Positions 48,780 to 61,792 of a stretch of DNA of 64,000 nucleotides are shown piece by piece (position 1 is the first letter of the stretch; every line of letters starts with the position of its first letter). The stretch is from NCBI GenBank assembly GCA_964016885.1, contig OZ024742.1:109988001-110052000 (forward strand), given 5' to 3'. The notes below the pieces were generated by a model. That model was not told the DNA's origin, did no database searches, and saw only the letters and a program-made list of their open reading frames with translations. The stretch is from Eledone cirrhosa (taxonomy: Eukaryota). Position numbers and translations under genes: made by a program.

Positions 48780-50825
48780 GCTTTTCTCTGCTGGCATGAG
48801 TTGGACAGGTTTTTTTCTAGCAAAGCATTCCTCCATTCATTGCAGTTCTTTGTCATCTCAGTGAGCTTCAATAATTTGAGATCAGCTCTCAAAACCTTCC
48901 ACCAGGTCTTCTTTGGTCTCTCTCTACTGCAGCTTCCTTCCACTAGGATTTCTTGGCACCTTTTTTGTCGAACAATCATCATTCATATGCATCACATGAT
49001 CATACCAGCACAGTCTTATCTCCTATGTACTACATCTAATTTTTCTTATACACAACTTTTCTCTCAACTCATCCATGCTTCATTGTTTACTCACATTAAC
49101 ATTATATATCCATCAAAGCATGCTAGCTTCATTTCTCTCCTGCCTTTACATATCCTCCGCATTTACTCTCCACGTTTCACTACCATGCAACATCACACAT
49201 TGCATGCAGGCATCATACAGCTGGAACATTTTGTCAACAGAGGTAGTAATTCCATGATCTTTTTCCATCCTAATTCTAGCTACTATGCTCGAGAGCAACC
49301 TCATTCACTGCTAATTAAATCATCAGGGTAGAAGAAGCTATCAATCACTTCTCTAGATTCTTCATGGGATTGTAAAATGTTTCTTTCAATGATGCATTTG
49401 CTACCAAATATCCCTGAATATCTGCTACATATGAAGTCTATCTTTTGTGTTGGTCTATCTGCTATCCCATTACGCTGACATCATCATCCTTTAACGTCTG
49501 CTTACCTTGCTACCAAGAGTTGGACAGGTCTTCACAAACCGAGTCAGTGCTGAAGCTGGCCTACTGACCTCTCAGACATTCCTGGGGTCCGCATCCTGTT
49601 TACATACTGCCAAATGCATTTTATTGAGGTAGCAGCACTAGATAAAATGTCACAACAGAAGGGTCTTCTGACCCTCTGTTTGACAAGCTTTCTATTACCA
49701 ACCACTTTACATGGTGTTCCAAGTGCATTTTCATGGCACCAACACAAGAAAAGTTGTTGGTCATTGTCCCAACTGAAGAACCCTTTCTGCTCTCTTGAGG
49801 TTGGGGAGGGGAAGAGAAGGAAGATATGAAGTTATGGGTGTATGGCAAATGTGATATGATTTGAGAGGGTGATAAGTAGAGGAAAGCAGTGACCTTTGGT
49901 AGAAGAGGGGAAAGCAGAGATAGTGGTGGGGGGCATGGATGGTCAGGAACTGGGAGAAAGAGTAGTGATGGCAAGAATAGCTAAGGAGTGGTTGCAGAAG
50001 GAGTGCGCAGAGTAGCTACTAGGGTGGGATAGTGAGGGTATCTAGGGGGTGTAGAGGGTGTATTAGCTAAGGAATAATACTGGAAGGGGTGGGAGTGTGT
50101 AGGGACTAATGGAAGGGGTGGTGACACAGATGGTTCAGGTTACATTGTATACTGCTGACTAGGTCTTTACATAGCGCCAGCTATCGCAGTCCTTTATCAT
50201 CTTTGTTGCGAGGTTTAGTTTCTTAAGGTCGGTCTTCACTACTTCATCTCAAATCTTCAATGAATCCTAGCCACTGGGATTTCTTAGCATTTTTTTTAGG
50301 CAGCTGTCATTTTCCATACCAACACAGTCTTCTCACTTGCACACTACATCCAATTCCTCTTGTACAAAGTTTTTTTCTTACTTATACTATGTTATTCATG
50401 CTCACTAACATTACACATCCATTGGAACATACTAGCTTCATTTCTTTATAGACTTCTCAGGTCTTCTGCAGTCACGGCATATGTTTCCCTACTATGTAGC
50501 ATTGCAGTTTGCATGCAGGCATCATACAGTCTACCCTTCAATTTGAGAGAGTAGCTCTATGTTGTCAGCAAAGGTACCAGCTCCCTAAACTTCTTCCAGC
50601 CTGTCTTTATCTTGGCTATCAAACTTTCAGAGTGTCCTTCCCCACTACGAATTAGGTTACCTAGATAACAAAAAACTTTCAACGATTTTTAAGGAACCTC
50701 CCTGGCAATTGAGAGTATATATTTCACATGTGCTGTTTGTGTTTACTTCTCCTGTGCATCTGCCGCATGCTAAGTCTATTTTTTTCCTTTAGCTTGTCTA
50801 CAATCGCTCTACATCTCTTGTGTAT
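48780..50825 (-). mobile_element. Two RTE LINE 3' fragments (48780-49475 and 50165-50825) with UTR-like sequence between them
   Basis: CQEILVEGSCSRERPKKTW...DLKLLKLTE, plus reverse-strand FRELVPLL and YGSET-type remnants. Confidence 0.8.
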
Positions 50826-51160
50826 TTAAATGAAGGTACATGTCCTAGTGGTTAGGGTGTTTCACTGACAATCATCTAGCTGTGGGTTTGATTTCTGAAC
50901 AGAGCTGCACATTATGTTCTTGAGCAAGACACAATATCATCATCAAAATTTTATGTCCTGTATGAGTCAGTTTTTAGTCTAGACGGGTTTGCGTACCACA
51001 TTTTACTCATATGTTCCATCTTTCACATTGCTTTTTATTATATGACTGAAGCCTCCATCATTAAAACACTTATGAAATACAACTGTAAGCTGTAAATTTC
51101 ATTTAATTTTTTTTTCCAATCAATATTGTGAAAATATATATATTGGTTTTTTAATTCTAG

Positions 51161-51328
51161 GTAGCTTTTTATGGAATTCTAAGAATCTACCAGGATTGTG
51201 GGGCAAACCCAGAGGAAAAAATCTCTTAGATGGTGGTGTTCCATTCTATGATACTTATGAAACATCAGATGGAAAATATATGGCAGTTGGGGCTCTGGAG
51301 CCAAATTTTTATTCAAAGTTTCTTGAAG
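51161..51328 (+). CDS. AMACR: AMACR exon ([55 protein letters not shown]-)
   Basis: 168 nt with ctag| acceptor and |gtaaga donor; RG.NLLDGG.PFY..Y.T.DG.YMAVGA.EP motif. Confidence 0.97.
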
Positions 51329-52116
51329 GTAAGATAAAATGAATGATGAAATTTAATCATATTTCACAGTGTATAATGTGCACTCATAGTTTGAAGGCAT
51401 ATGGACTGGTGGTTAAAGTGTTAGACTCACAATCATAAAGTCATGGGTCTGATTCCTGAACTAAGTGGTGCATTGAGAAAGATATTTTATTTCCTGTTAC
51501 TCAGTGGTACGGTACCATAGTTGCCAGTGCTTGATGGTGAATCTATTTTAAATGCTCAGAGTGGGGAATTCTGTAGTCAACAAGTCGAAGTGGGCAAGTC
51601 TATTTTAGATGTTCCGAGTGGAAACTTAAATATCTTTGGATATTTCAAATTAAAAGGAAAGGAGCCAATTGTCAGATCAGTCCAAGGAAACTATATTTCC
51701 ATTTGGCTGATACGGCATCCTGGTTGCAACTCCTGACAGCAGGAGCAATGAAGGTAGTCGGCATTGACATTAGAAATTACATGCTGATCCATGAACTAGG
51801 AGTAAGGAATTGGTGTTTAGTGCTAAACTGTTTCAATAGAAATGTAGGTCTGAAGGGCGTTGATACATAGTGTTGTGTTGGTTATGCCAACGTTATAATC
51901 ATTAAAACTACCCCCTGCTTACTGTGAAAACTTTTCTCCCTCTTCTCATACATCTACACATATAAAATTTATAGCTTTTTTTGTTTTTATTTTGAAATAA
52001 ATTGGCTTACTTTATTCCTTGTCTTTTATAGCTTCAAATTTGGTTAAGTTTTTTAAAGAAAATAAATATTGTTTTCAGATTTTAATAAGATTTTTTTCTT
52101 TATTTATTTTAACAAG

Positions 52117-52520
52117 TTTTTGAACTCAATCCAAAGGATTACTCACAGTATAGTGGCCATACACACCTCCGAAATATCCTTAAAGAAAAATTTCTGACTC
52201 AAACACAGAAATATTGGACACATCAATTTGGATCAGTGGATGCCTGTTGTACGCCAGTGTTGAGCCTAGAAGATGCTGCTGTTGATTCCCATAATCAAGC
52301 AAATAAGACATTTATAGCTGACTCTAGAGGCAACTTCACACCTTCACCAGCACCTCTTTTATCTGAGTCACCAGCAAGCACACATGTTGAAAAGGACCCT
52401 GTGATTGGTGAGCACACATGTAAGATTTTGAAAGAGTTGGAGTTTACAGAAAAGGAAATCGGTTCCTTTCTTTCAACTGAAACCGTTGTACAGAACTTTC
52501 AATTCAATTCTAAACTCTAA
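52117..52520 (+). CDS. AMACR: AMACR last exon ending ...FQFNSKL* (PTS1)
   Basis: In-frame acceptor aacaag| at 52116; W...F...DAC.TPVL and P.PAP.LS..PA motifs; TAA at 52518-52520. The total CDS is ~1158 nt. Confidence 0.92.
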
Positions 52521-53494
52521 TTCTCTAACATTTTATGAATAGATTCAAAATCTTCTGAAAGAGAAACATTTAAATTGTATTCATCAAGAATTTCCTTTAT
52601 GTTGTGCACATTAGGCTAGATGCTACTTCATTTATGAATGTACAATGATGATGTTGATGATGATAATGCTGCACTGTTAAATATTTTCCTATTTCTCCCT
52701 ACCCTACAACATATTTGACCCCTGTTTAGACAGCTTGTTGCTCTCCAAACATTGTTGATACTTCAAAAACAAAGAATTAACATTTTGTTATACTGTAATT
52801 ATTAAAAAACATAAAATACATTATTGTTAGTACTCTCCTTTCATCATTATATTTCTAATGAAATAAATAGTATTTCAATTAATATTTTTGATACCAAACC
52901 ACATAAAAACCACCCTTTGGTTTTGTTTTAAAGTGTTCATAGTTATCTAAAATCCCTCCATTATAATTTTAGAGTAGGAGTTTTATTTTGTTACCTGATT
53001 TAACCACCTCACTTATCCCTTAGGAGCCTTTAAAGGAGTAGTCTATAGCAAGTATTTGGACTAGTTTATTAGTTTGAGGATACTTTCCTTCTCTACATTA
53101 CCCTTCCTCTCGCTTAAGAGGCTGTGTAAAATGGAACCATAAGCATTGCCCTTCTTCCTGACAAAAAGCACCCAGTCTACTCTGTATGGTGGCAGGATTG
53201 GTGTCACAACAACAAAAAGCACCCAGTCCACTGTGTAAGGTGGTCAAGCTGGAGCCACTACAAAAAGCACCCTGCCCATAACTATAAAGAACCCAGTCCA
53301 TCCTATAAAGTGGTAGAGGTGCTGCCATGAAAAAAAGCTCCGAGTACACACTAATGTGGTTGGAAGGGAGTCCAACAGTATAAAACCAAGTCAAAAACAG
53401 ATCTGTATGATCAAGGCGCAGTCATCTGTCCTGGATAACCTCATAACAACCCATCTATCCCATGCTAACATGGAAAAGAGATGTTATTTATTTC

Positions 53495-54225
53495 ATCATC
53501 ATCATCGTTTAACGTCCATCTTCCACGCTTGCATGGGTTTGGACGGGAATTTTCCCACTTGAGGCAAGATTGGTTGTCTTGCTCGTATAGGACTGTCTGG
53601 CGAGTTTTCTACGGCTGGATGCCCTTCCTAACACCAACCACGTTTACAGTGTGGACTGGGAGGTTTTTACCGTGTTACCTACACGGCCACATTACAGCGT
53701 GGACTGGGTGTTTTTTTTTGTCGTGACAGCTACACGACCTCATTTGTTTACACCTCTCCAAGACACTGTCACTGGACCGAGATCTTTGGCGCTACGCAGT
53801 AATACAGAAGACCCGCCTTGCCTAAGTACAAAGCGAAACCTAGTCAGTAGGCACCTCTTAACCAAAATACACCCCCGTCCCACAACCTCTACCCCCACCC
53901 CCATCTACACCACCCCTTTCGATGTAAAGTTATGTTGGTACCACAACATCCAGTCCTAAATAAATGAGGTCGTGTAGGTGTCATGACAAAAAAAACACAG
54001 TCCACGCTGTAATGTGGCCGTGTAGGTAACACGGTAAAAACCTCCCAGTCTACACTGTAAACGTGGTTGGTGTTAGGAAGGGCATCCAGCCGTAGAAAAC
54101 CCGCCAGACAGTCCTATACGAGCAAGACAACCAATCTTGCCTCAAGTGGGACAGCTCCAGTCCAAACCCATGCTAGCGTGGAAGATGGACGTTAAACAAT
54201 GATGATGATGATGATGATGATGATG
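53495..54225. mobile_element. Two RTE 3' ends fused 5'-to-5' (inverted pair)
   Basis: 53495-53750 is the reverse complement of ~53960-54225, and the (GAT)n tails point outward. Confidence 0.9.
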
Positions 54226-54650
54226 ATTGTTGGTGTAGAAGCGATCGCCACCATATTTACGTTTGAAGAGATGTTTGTGGTTTAATTTAAGGGCCACTGC
54301 AGCACTAGAACTCTGCTAACCAGTAACCCAAACTGACACTTGATCTTATAAGATGCAGGGTGATTTTCTGAGACAGTTTTTTGAAAAAAAATGTCTTATA
54401 AGCCATCAAATATGGTTATATGTACATATATGAGTATGTGTATAGAAATATATATATATCTATCTCTATATATATATATGAAAGACGGCTGGGCTCTTGC
54501 CATTTCAACAGCTAGTTTCAGACTAAATGCCAAAGGCTGTCTCACTAGGAGGTATTGTTTATCCAATAGTAAAGAATTTTTCAGGAAAGTATCTCATTTG
54601 TTGAGGGAGTGGTTGTGTGTATAGATATCTGACTTAGTGATTGTTTATAT

Positions 54651-56336
54651 CACAGGTTCTCAACCCCTTTTGTCCCTCAAAATCACGAAACATCCCCCTA
54701 CCCTATTTTTCCATTTTTCAATATACTATTTATTTTGATATCAGTAGATTACTAAAAAATTGATTAACAATATTCCAAAAATACCATTGCAGGCAGCTGA
54801 GAGTATAAATACATTCCTTGAAAGGAAATATATAAATTTCAAAAATAGAAACATAAATGTTCTTTTTTATGAATAAGGACCAGTTGAATTTGTTATATTC
54901 CCACCAGGCGTTACCAGCTATTTTGAACATTTATACAAGAGCAACTCTGTCTATCCCAAGAGTGCTCTTATCTGGAAGAAAGTGGCAATTATATCATTTC
55001 AAAGCTTTCGAATTTTCCCTTTAATGAAACGGACAGAATAAATGTTGATATCTAACTTGTTGTCCCCTCTGCTTTGTGAGCTTAGAGACCACGGAAGAGG
55101 GTTTTCATGACCACACGGGAGGGTATATTCATTAGTAAATGGTAAAATATATACAACAAATAAGTAAGTGAATTGTAGTAGATGGTTTCCAGTCCAGTCA
55201 GACTGCAACTACAAATAAAAACATTGTTAGTTTGCTTTGTAACAATAGCATATCCAAGTTTTCGGATAAATCAACTTACTTTAACCTGACCTCATTTCAA
55301 TGGGACCCTTGAGCTTCATGGAGTCTAGCTAACTCTTTAACGTCAGGCTGAATTTTCGTAAGATGTAGCCATAGATCTCCACATGTAATTACATTGTAGC
55401 GGTTGCTAGCCTTACTGTGCAGTCTGGAAACAGCACCAAACCTCCTCTCGACTAAGTATGAGCTTGGAAAAGGCAGAACAAATCTCTTAGCCTCTGCATG
55501 TAGGTGTGGAAATCGACGCAGAATTTCCTCTTGCATCCCAAAAAGGGGTTCACCTATTTTGGGAAATCTAATTTTGATCATGTCATCTGTTTGAAGATCA
55601 ATGAATTCTTCCTGAAATTTATCGTCCAAATCATCGACATTAGCTATGAAGGGATCTGCTATCCACATTGGGATGTCCATCGGCAAAAGGTCGACAAACC
55701 GTTCTCTCATGTTGTCTTGTAACGCACGGAAGTGAGTGGTATAAATTTGGAGTTGATCATCGCTTACAATATTTTGAACATTAGCGACACTAGGAAAATT
55801 ATAGAATTCCCGTCAACAAAGATTCCTTTCGATGAGATTCAACTTGGCCAGGAATGTTTTACAGCATTCCTTGCTTTAAGCAAGGTGATCTTCCCCTGCA
55901 AAGCCAAAATGATGCTATTGCATTTGTCGAAGATGTCGGTGAGGTAGGTGCAGTCTTGCCTCACATCGAGGGTGTTTTTGTACAGTTCTGTGTTGCGTCC
56001 TTGCAAAAACTCAATGATAGAGTCGAAGAGTTCAAAGAAGTGAGTAAGGCACTTGCTCTTTGAAAGCCACCTCATTTCAGTATGAAGGAGCAACTTGACA
56101 AATTCTTCGTCATTATTGCCAGAAAATTCGTTCATTCAGGGAATGCCATTTGATAAAATTGATAACATCAATGGCCACCTGCAAGGACTTGCTCAACGGC
56201 TTGCTGAGTTTCTTCGCAGCCAAGTGTTGTCGATGATTGACACAATGAAGAGCAAATACATATAGATTTTCTCTCTTTAGAAGAGTGACAGAACCCTTAT
56301 GTTGGCCGACCATTGCTCTAGCGTCGTCCGTAGCAC
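54651..56336 (-). mobile_element. Second Buster/Charlie-type hAT relic (transposase C-terminal half)
   Basis: LHCVNHRQHLAAKKLS, LLLHTEMRWLSK and FPSSYLVERRF...HEAQGSH*; TIR-like cacaggttctcaacc at 54651. Confidence 0.9.
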
Positions 56337-56345
56337 ATGATACAA

Positions 56346-56505
56346 TGTGTGTTGTATGTGGTCCTAGATGTATGTATTACCTGCCTGTGTGTTGTATGTG
56401 GTCCTAGAAGTATGTATTACCTGCTTATGTATTGCATGTGGTCCCAGCTGTATGTATTACCTGGTTGTGTGTTGTATGTGGTCCTAGATGTGTGTGCTAC
56501 CCATT
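56346..56505. repeat. Four tandem 40-bp units
   Basis: tgtgtgttgtatgtggtcctagatgtatgtattacctgcc x4, directly abutting the truncated hAT. Confidence 0.9.
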
Positions 56506-56599
56506 TCTGTGTTTTTTCTTTTCTTTTTTTTTATTTGTAAAATACAATAGGGAATAAAATAGATCTACATAGTGTTAACTTGTTACGGTTGAGTCAATA

Positions 56600-58200
56600 A
56601 TTTCAGGCATGAAATACATTGTTATTGGTGAAGGAAAGATAAGATTCTAACTGGCTGCGCTCAAAGTGTCCTTGACCCAGTTGACTGGGTTTTTCCATTT
56701 TTAGGATCTCAATTGCCGGTTAATGCAGTCAGACCATAGTTATGCTGTCTGCATGCTCATTCAAATGCATTCACACTGGCTGTCTCAAAGACATACAAAT
56801 ATGGCTTATAAAACTTACCAAAGTAAAGAGCCTTCTAGCACCCCCCAAAGCTCTAAACGCCCCCACTAACGCCCCCCCCCCCCCCCCCCCCCCCCGGAGT
56901 TCCGATTTCTTGCTCCTGATTTTCAAACCAATCTTTATATCTCCTTTCTTATGAAAAATTGTTTGGCAGCACTTTGAAGGTCTTCTTTCAAGTTATCCCA
57001 AGACACCTCACAATCTGGGATTTATTCACTGAGGAACCTTTCAAATTTATCTTTTTTTCAGTATTCAGGTAGGTGTTAGGCTTGCAGGGAAGATTGGGTT
57101 CCTTCTTTGTTTTGTTTATCCCAATGCTGCACTTGCAGATCAGGAGTTTGTGGTTGGTGAAATAATCAGTACGAGGATCAATTTTAGTGGTGTTGATGAA
57201 TTTCCTGCCCACTGGATCAGCAAGGACGTAATCTAGCTGATGCCAGTGTTTGGAGTGTGGATGCTGCCAAGTGTTCTTGAGACAATTCTTTAGTTGGTAC
57301 ATTGTACCCTCAATTGAGAATTGAAAATGTGTGCAAAATTCTAACAACAGTCAGCCAGTAGAGTTCACTCCATGTTTGCCAACTACTGATAGCCATGACT
57401 TACAATCTTTCCAACATGAGCATTGAAGTCACCAAGAACAACAATGGCATACCCCCTTGCTTTGACAATGCATTCGCCAAGTTGTTCATAGAATCAACCC
57501 TTCTCAACCACTGACTATTGCATTGTGGGTCCATAGACACTGATAAATGTGAGATAGGAGTTGTTCTTCAGTTGAATGTAAGTAGTCATGAGTCTGTCAG
57601 AAATTCCTATTTCTGACACTCATGACTACTTGATTGATGTGACCAAATTTATTAGAAACAGTAAATCCAACCCCAGCTGCTTTGTCATCATTTCCGCTAC
57701 AAAAAATAGTTTGATGTTGCCAGAGCCTGGACACTGTGCCTCACTCAAGGTGCAAATGTCAATACCTGCCTTTTCTATCTTATTGCAGATAATAGCTGTA
57801 GCCCTTTCAGGCTTGATAGAATTTGTATCATTGTTAGTAGTCCAAACATTCCAAGCTGCTCTGTTATTGATTGAAATTGAATTTTCATTGGTTACCCCGA
57901 AAGCAGTAGAACTATATGGACTTTGCTAATTTTCCACCACTATCATATAAACATGGTACATCGGTTACCTCTAATGCAGTAGCATTAGAAGAAGATTCAG
58001 TGTTACTCATCTCATAAAGAGTAGGCTGTGCTAAGTTGTAGGTACTATTTTCCCATAAGCTGGGGTAGGGATTGAAAGCCAGGCATATCTACACAGTGAT
58101 GGGCCAAATACCTTCTGTGAGGTCCCTACTTCTTAGTCAGAGCCTCATTTGTTGTATTAGCCTCATGGGAAATTCATTCCAAAGGTGACGAAGCATGACA
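56600..58200 (-). mobile_element. Decayed RTE/BovB-like LINE, endonuclease region
   Basis: AAWNVWT, VLGDFNAHVG, TWQHPHSKHWHQLDYV and TNHKLL remnants. Confidence 0.75.
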
Positions 58201-58999
58201 AATATGGTCCAAATGTACAGTACATATACATGCATGCAAACAGACATGAAAAGATATATATATAAACATGAAAAAAAAAACACTTAAAAGTTGAAAAATA
58301 AGAATGAAGATAAACTATCAAAAGATGATCACTAGAAGAAAAAATATGGAAAATTTATAGGTTAAAAAAATGTTAAAAAGATATAAAGAATAAAAAATCA
58401 AAGATTTAAAATGTATATATAGATAGAAGACACACACAATTTGGATGAACGTGACTCTGCTGAGTTCCTCCACCCTTTGCTGGGTCTTGTATTTCATCTC
58501 ACAGGGTGTCCAAATATCACCTGATATCAAGCTTGGTGAGGGTGTGGGTTTAGTCACCAATGACCTGACCATGCGACAGGTTGTGCTGGGTTCCATGCTA
58601 CCAGTAGTACATGAGAGAAGGTTCCTTTTTAGACCCAGTCTTCACAACAAGAAAGATGAACAGACCTTTTCAACACTTAATTGCAAATTAGAAAATTTTT
58701 TATTCTTTTTAATTCTTTTAAATTCTTTTTAATTGTAATATTCAACATTTGATAAATTGGTTCACACTGATACATCAAAACTGGTTATCATCATCATCAT
58801 CATCATCTTCGTTTAACGTCCATTTTCCACGCTAGCATATATTTTATATACATTATAAAACTCCTTTTTTTAAAAAGAATTGTTCCTCTCATTTTTTCAA
58901 TAATGCCACTTTGATGAATCAAAGAAGAAAAAAACAAAAACAGATCCTTAAATTTATTTTTCGTGCTATTTCCAATTCTACCTTTTCTCTCTCTATATC

Positions 59000-59030
<31 letters not shown>

Positions 59031-59056
59031 CTATATATATGATATATATAGATATG

Positions 59057-59092
<36 letters not shown>

Positions 59093-59101
59093 ATATGTAT
59101 G

Positions 59102-59140
<39 letters not shown>

Positions 59141-59144
59141 ATAT

Positions 59145-60945
59145 GAGGGATCAGATGCTGTTTACTTGAGAGAAGATTACGTTGGTATGGTCACATGATG
59201 CGCATGAAAGACGACAGCTGCATAAAAAAATGCAGGACGATAAAAATAGACGGTAGCCACGGAGTAGGCAGACCCAGAAAAACCTGGGACGACTTGATAA
59301 ATTCCGACCTCACACACTTACACCTCTCCAAGACAATGTCACTGGACCGAGATCTTTGGCGCTACACAGTCTTACAGAAGACCCGCCTTGCCTAAGTACA
59401 AACCGAAACTTACAGTCAGTAGGCACCTCTAGCAAAATACCCCCCCCTCGTCCCACTACCCCCACCCCATCCACACCAGCCCCTTAAATGTGAAGTTATG
59501 TTGGTACCACAACATCGAGTCCGAAACAAATGAGGTCGTGTAGGTGTCACGACAAAAAAAAAAAAGCACACAGTCCAGCTGTAATGTGGCCGTGTAGGTA
59601 ACACGGTAAAAACAGTCCACACTGTAAACGTGGTTGGTGTTAGGAAGGGCATCCAGCCGTAGAAAACCCGCCAGACAGTCCTATACGAGCAGGACAACAA
59701 AACTTGCTTCAAGTGGGAAACCTCCCGTCCAAACCCATGCAAGCGTGGAAGATGGACGTTAAACGATGATGATGATGATGTATATATATATGTATGGAAG
59801 CAGAGACTAGAAAGAAAGGGTCTCAAAGTCAACCTGACAAAGACTAAGGTCCTTGTAAGTAGACGAGAAAACAGAACCCAGATGCTCTCAGGGTAATGGC
59901 CTTGCTCAGTATATAGGAAAGGTGTAGGTAGGAACTCCATCTTCTGCCCCAAATGCAAACAATGAGAACACAAGAGATGTAGTGGGATCTCAGGAAGCTT
60001 AACTAAGAATGTAGGCTTCACATGTAGCAGCTGTGCTGGGGAAGCATGCAACAAACAGCCACAGGAAACAAGCACCACCAAACTCTGGGAGGGCTCTGTA
60101 GAAACAGTAGACAGCTTCTGCTACCTAGGTGACTGAATTAGCAGTGGAGGTGGGTATTCGGAAAGTACAATAACTAGGGTAAGAACGGGATAGAAGAAGT
60201 TCAGGGAGCTATTGTTACTGCTAGCTGCAAAAGGCTTTTCCCTCAAAATGAAGGGCAGACTGTATGATGCGTGTATACGAACAGCAATGTTACATGGTAG
60301 TGAGACCTAGGCGCTGTCTGTAGAAGACTTGCGTAGATTAGAAAGAAACAAAGCCTGCATGCTCCGATGGATGTGTAATAGTAATATACGAGAACAGCAA
60401 AGCATAAACGAATTGAGAGAGAGACTGAGCATAAGAGGAATCAAATGCTGTGTGCAGGAGAGGAGGTTGCATTGGTATGGATATGTGATGCGTATGAAGG
60501 ATGACAGCTGCATAAAAAGGTGCAGAGCACTAGAAGTCGATGGAAACCGCGGAGTGGGGAGACCCAAGAAGACCTGGGATGAGGTGATAAAAGCCGGCCT
60601 TACCCAATTACACCTCTCAAAGGCGATGACACATGACCGTGACCTCTGGCGTCACGCAGTAATACAGAAGACCCGACCCCCCACAGGTACAAGCTGAAGC
60701 ATATAGACAATATGCCCCCACCCCCTCCCTCTGCAAAGTGGTCGTGGAGGTGCTACAGCAAAAAAGCACCCAGCCTACACTGTAAAGTGGACGTGTAGGC
60801 GCCACGGAAAAAAGCACCCAGCACTCACTGTAAATGAGGTTGGTGTTAGGAAGACATGGTCAGCCGACAGGCAACTGCCCACAACAGGACAACCCGTCTA
60901 ACCCATGCTAGCGTGGAAGAACGGGCGTAAAACGGTGATGATGAA
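59145..60945 (+). mobile_element. Two tandem 5'-truncated RTE copies (59145-59780 and 59790-60945)
   Basis: ORFs 59195-59395 and 60329-60697 (RLHWYGYVMR...GRPKKTW), each followed by a 3'UTR and a (GAT)n tail. Confidence 0.9.
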
Positions 60946-60954
60946 ATCATCATC

Positions 60955-61079
60955 ATCATCATTTCATTTTACGTCCACTTTTCCCTGCTTGATATATATA
61001 TCATCTCATTTCTACAGCTGAGTAAACTGGAGCAATGTGAAATAAAGTGTCTTGCTCAAGGACACAACACATCACCCGG

Positions 61080-61135
<56 letters not shown>

Positions 61136-61430
61136 TTATTTTGCAATCGAAAGGTTGTGAGTTCAATTCTCAGACCGGGTGATGTGTTGTGTCCTTGAGC
61201 AAGACACTTTATTTCACATTGCTCCAGTTTACTCAGCTGTAGAAATGAGATGATAGGGACTGAGGTCCCTATCATTCCACTGCAAAGTGGTCGTGGAGGT
61301 GCCACGGCAAAAAAAAGCACCCAGCACTCACTGTAAATGAGGTTGGTGTTAGGAAGGGCATCCAGCTGTAGAAATCAAGCCAGAATCAGTCCCGTCCCAC
61401 CCTTGCAAGCAGGGAAAAGTGGATGTAAAA
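60955..61430. mobile_element. CORE-type SINE (+, 61140-61430) preceded by inverted partial copies and a (TA)n tract
   Basis: 61001-61081 is the exact reverse complement of 61173-61253. Confidence 0.85.
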
Positions 61431-61467
61431 AAAAAAAATATGTATATATATATATGTATTTATATAT

Positions 61468-61501
<34 letters not shown>

Positions 61502-61548
61502 ACACAATGATATTAACTAAATGGAAACTATATTTATAAAACTATATT

Positions 61549-61609
61549 TATTCTATTTTATATATTTCAAGAGTACCAAAACTTTGGTACGCTCTCATCA
61601 GATAAAATA
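61549..61609 (-). ncRNA. Hammerhead ribozyme motif, probably impaired
   Basis: CTGATGA, stem II and GAAA are intact, but GAAATATATAAAATAG lacks the U of the NUH triplet seen in the sister arm. Confidence 0.5.
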
Positions 61610-61731
61610 CAAAGTTTGTTTTATAAATATTGACATATCCAGGAAGAAGATCTTAACGGGTCAAGTTTTTCCTGGATAGGCCAGGAAAAACTTGAACCAT
61701 TAAGATCTTCTTATTTATAAAACAAACTTTG

Positions 61732-61792
61732 TATTTTATCTGATGAGAGCGTACCAAAGTTTTGGTACCCTTGAAATATATATAATAGAATA
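61732..61792 (+). ncRNA. Type I hammerhead ribozyme motif (best preserved)
   Basis: tattttat-CTGATGA(61740-61746)-gagc gtaccaa agtt ttggtac cctt-GAAA(61773-61776), stem III ATATATAT, AUA cleavage site after 61784, and atagaata completing an 8-bp stem I. Confidence 0.78.

Noticed and set aside
48618-49331. 237-aa ORF and the many other 60-170 aa ORFs in the track
   Set aside because: They are antisense or off-frame readings of LINE remnants, SINEs and microsatellites, with no independent coding signal.
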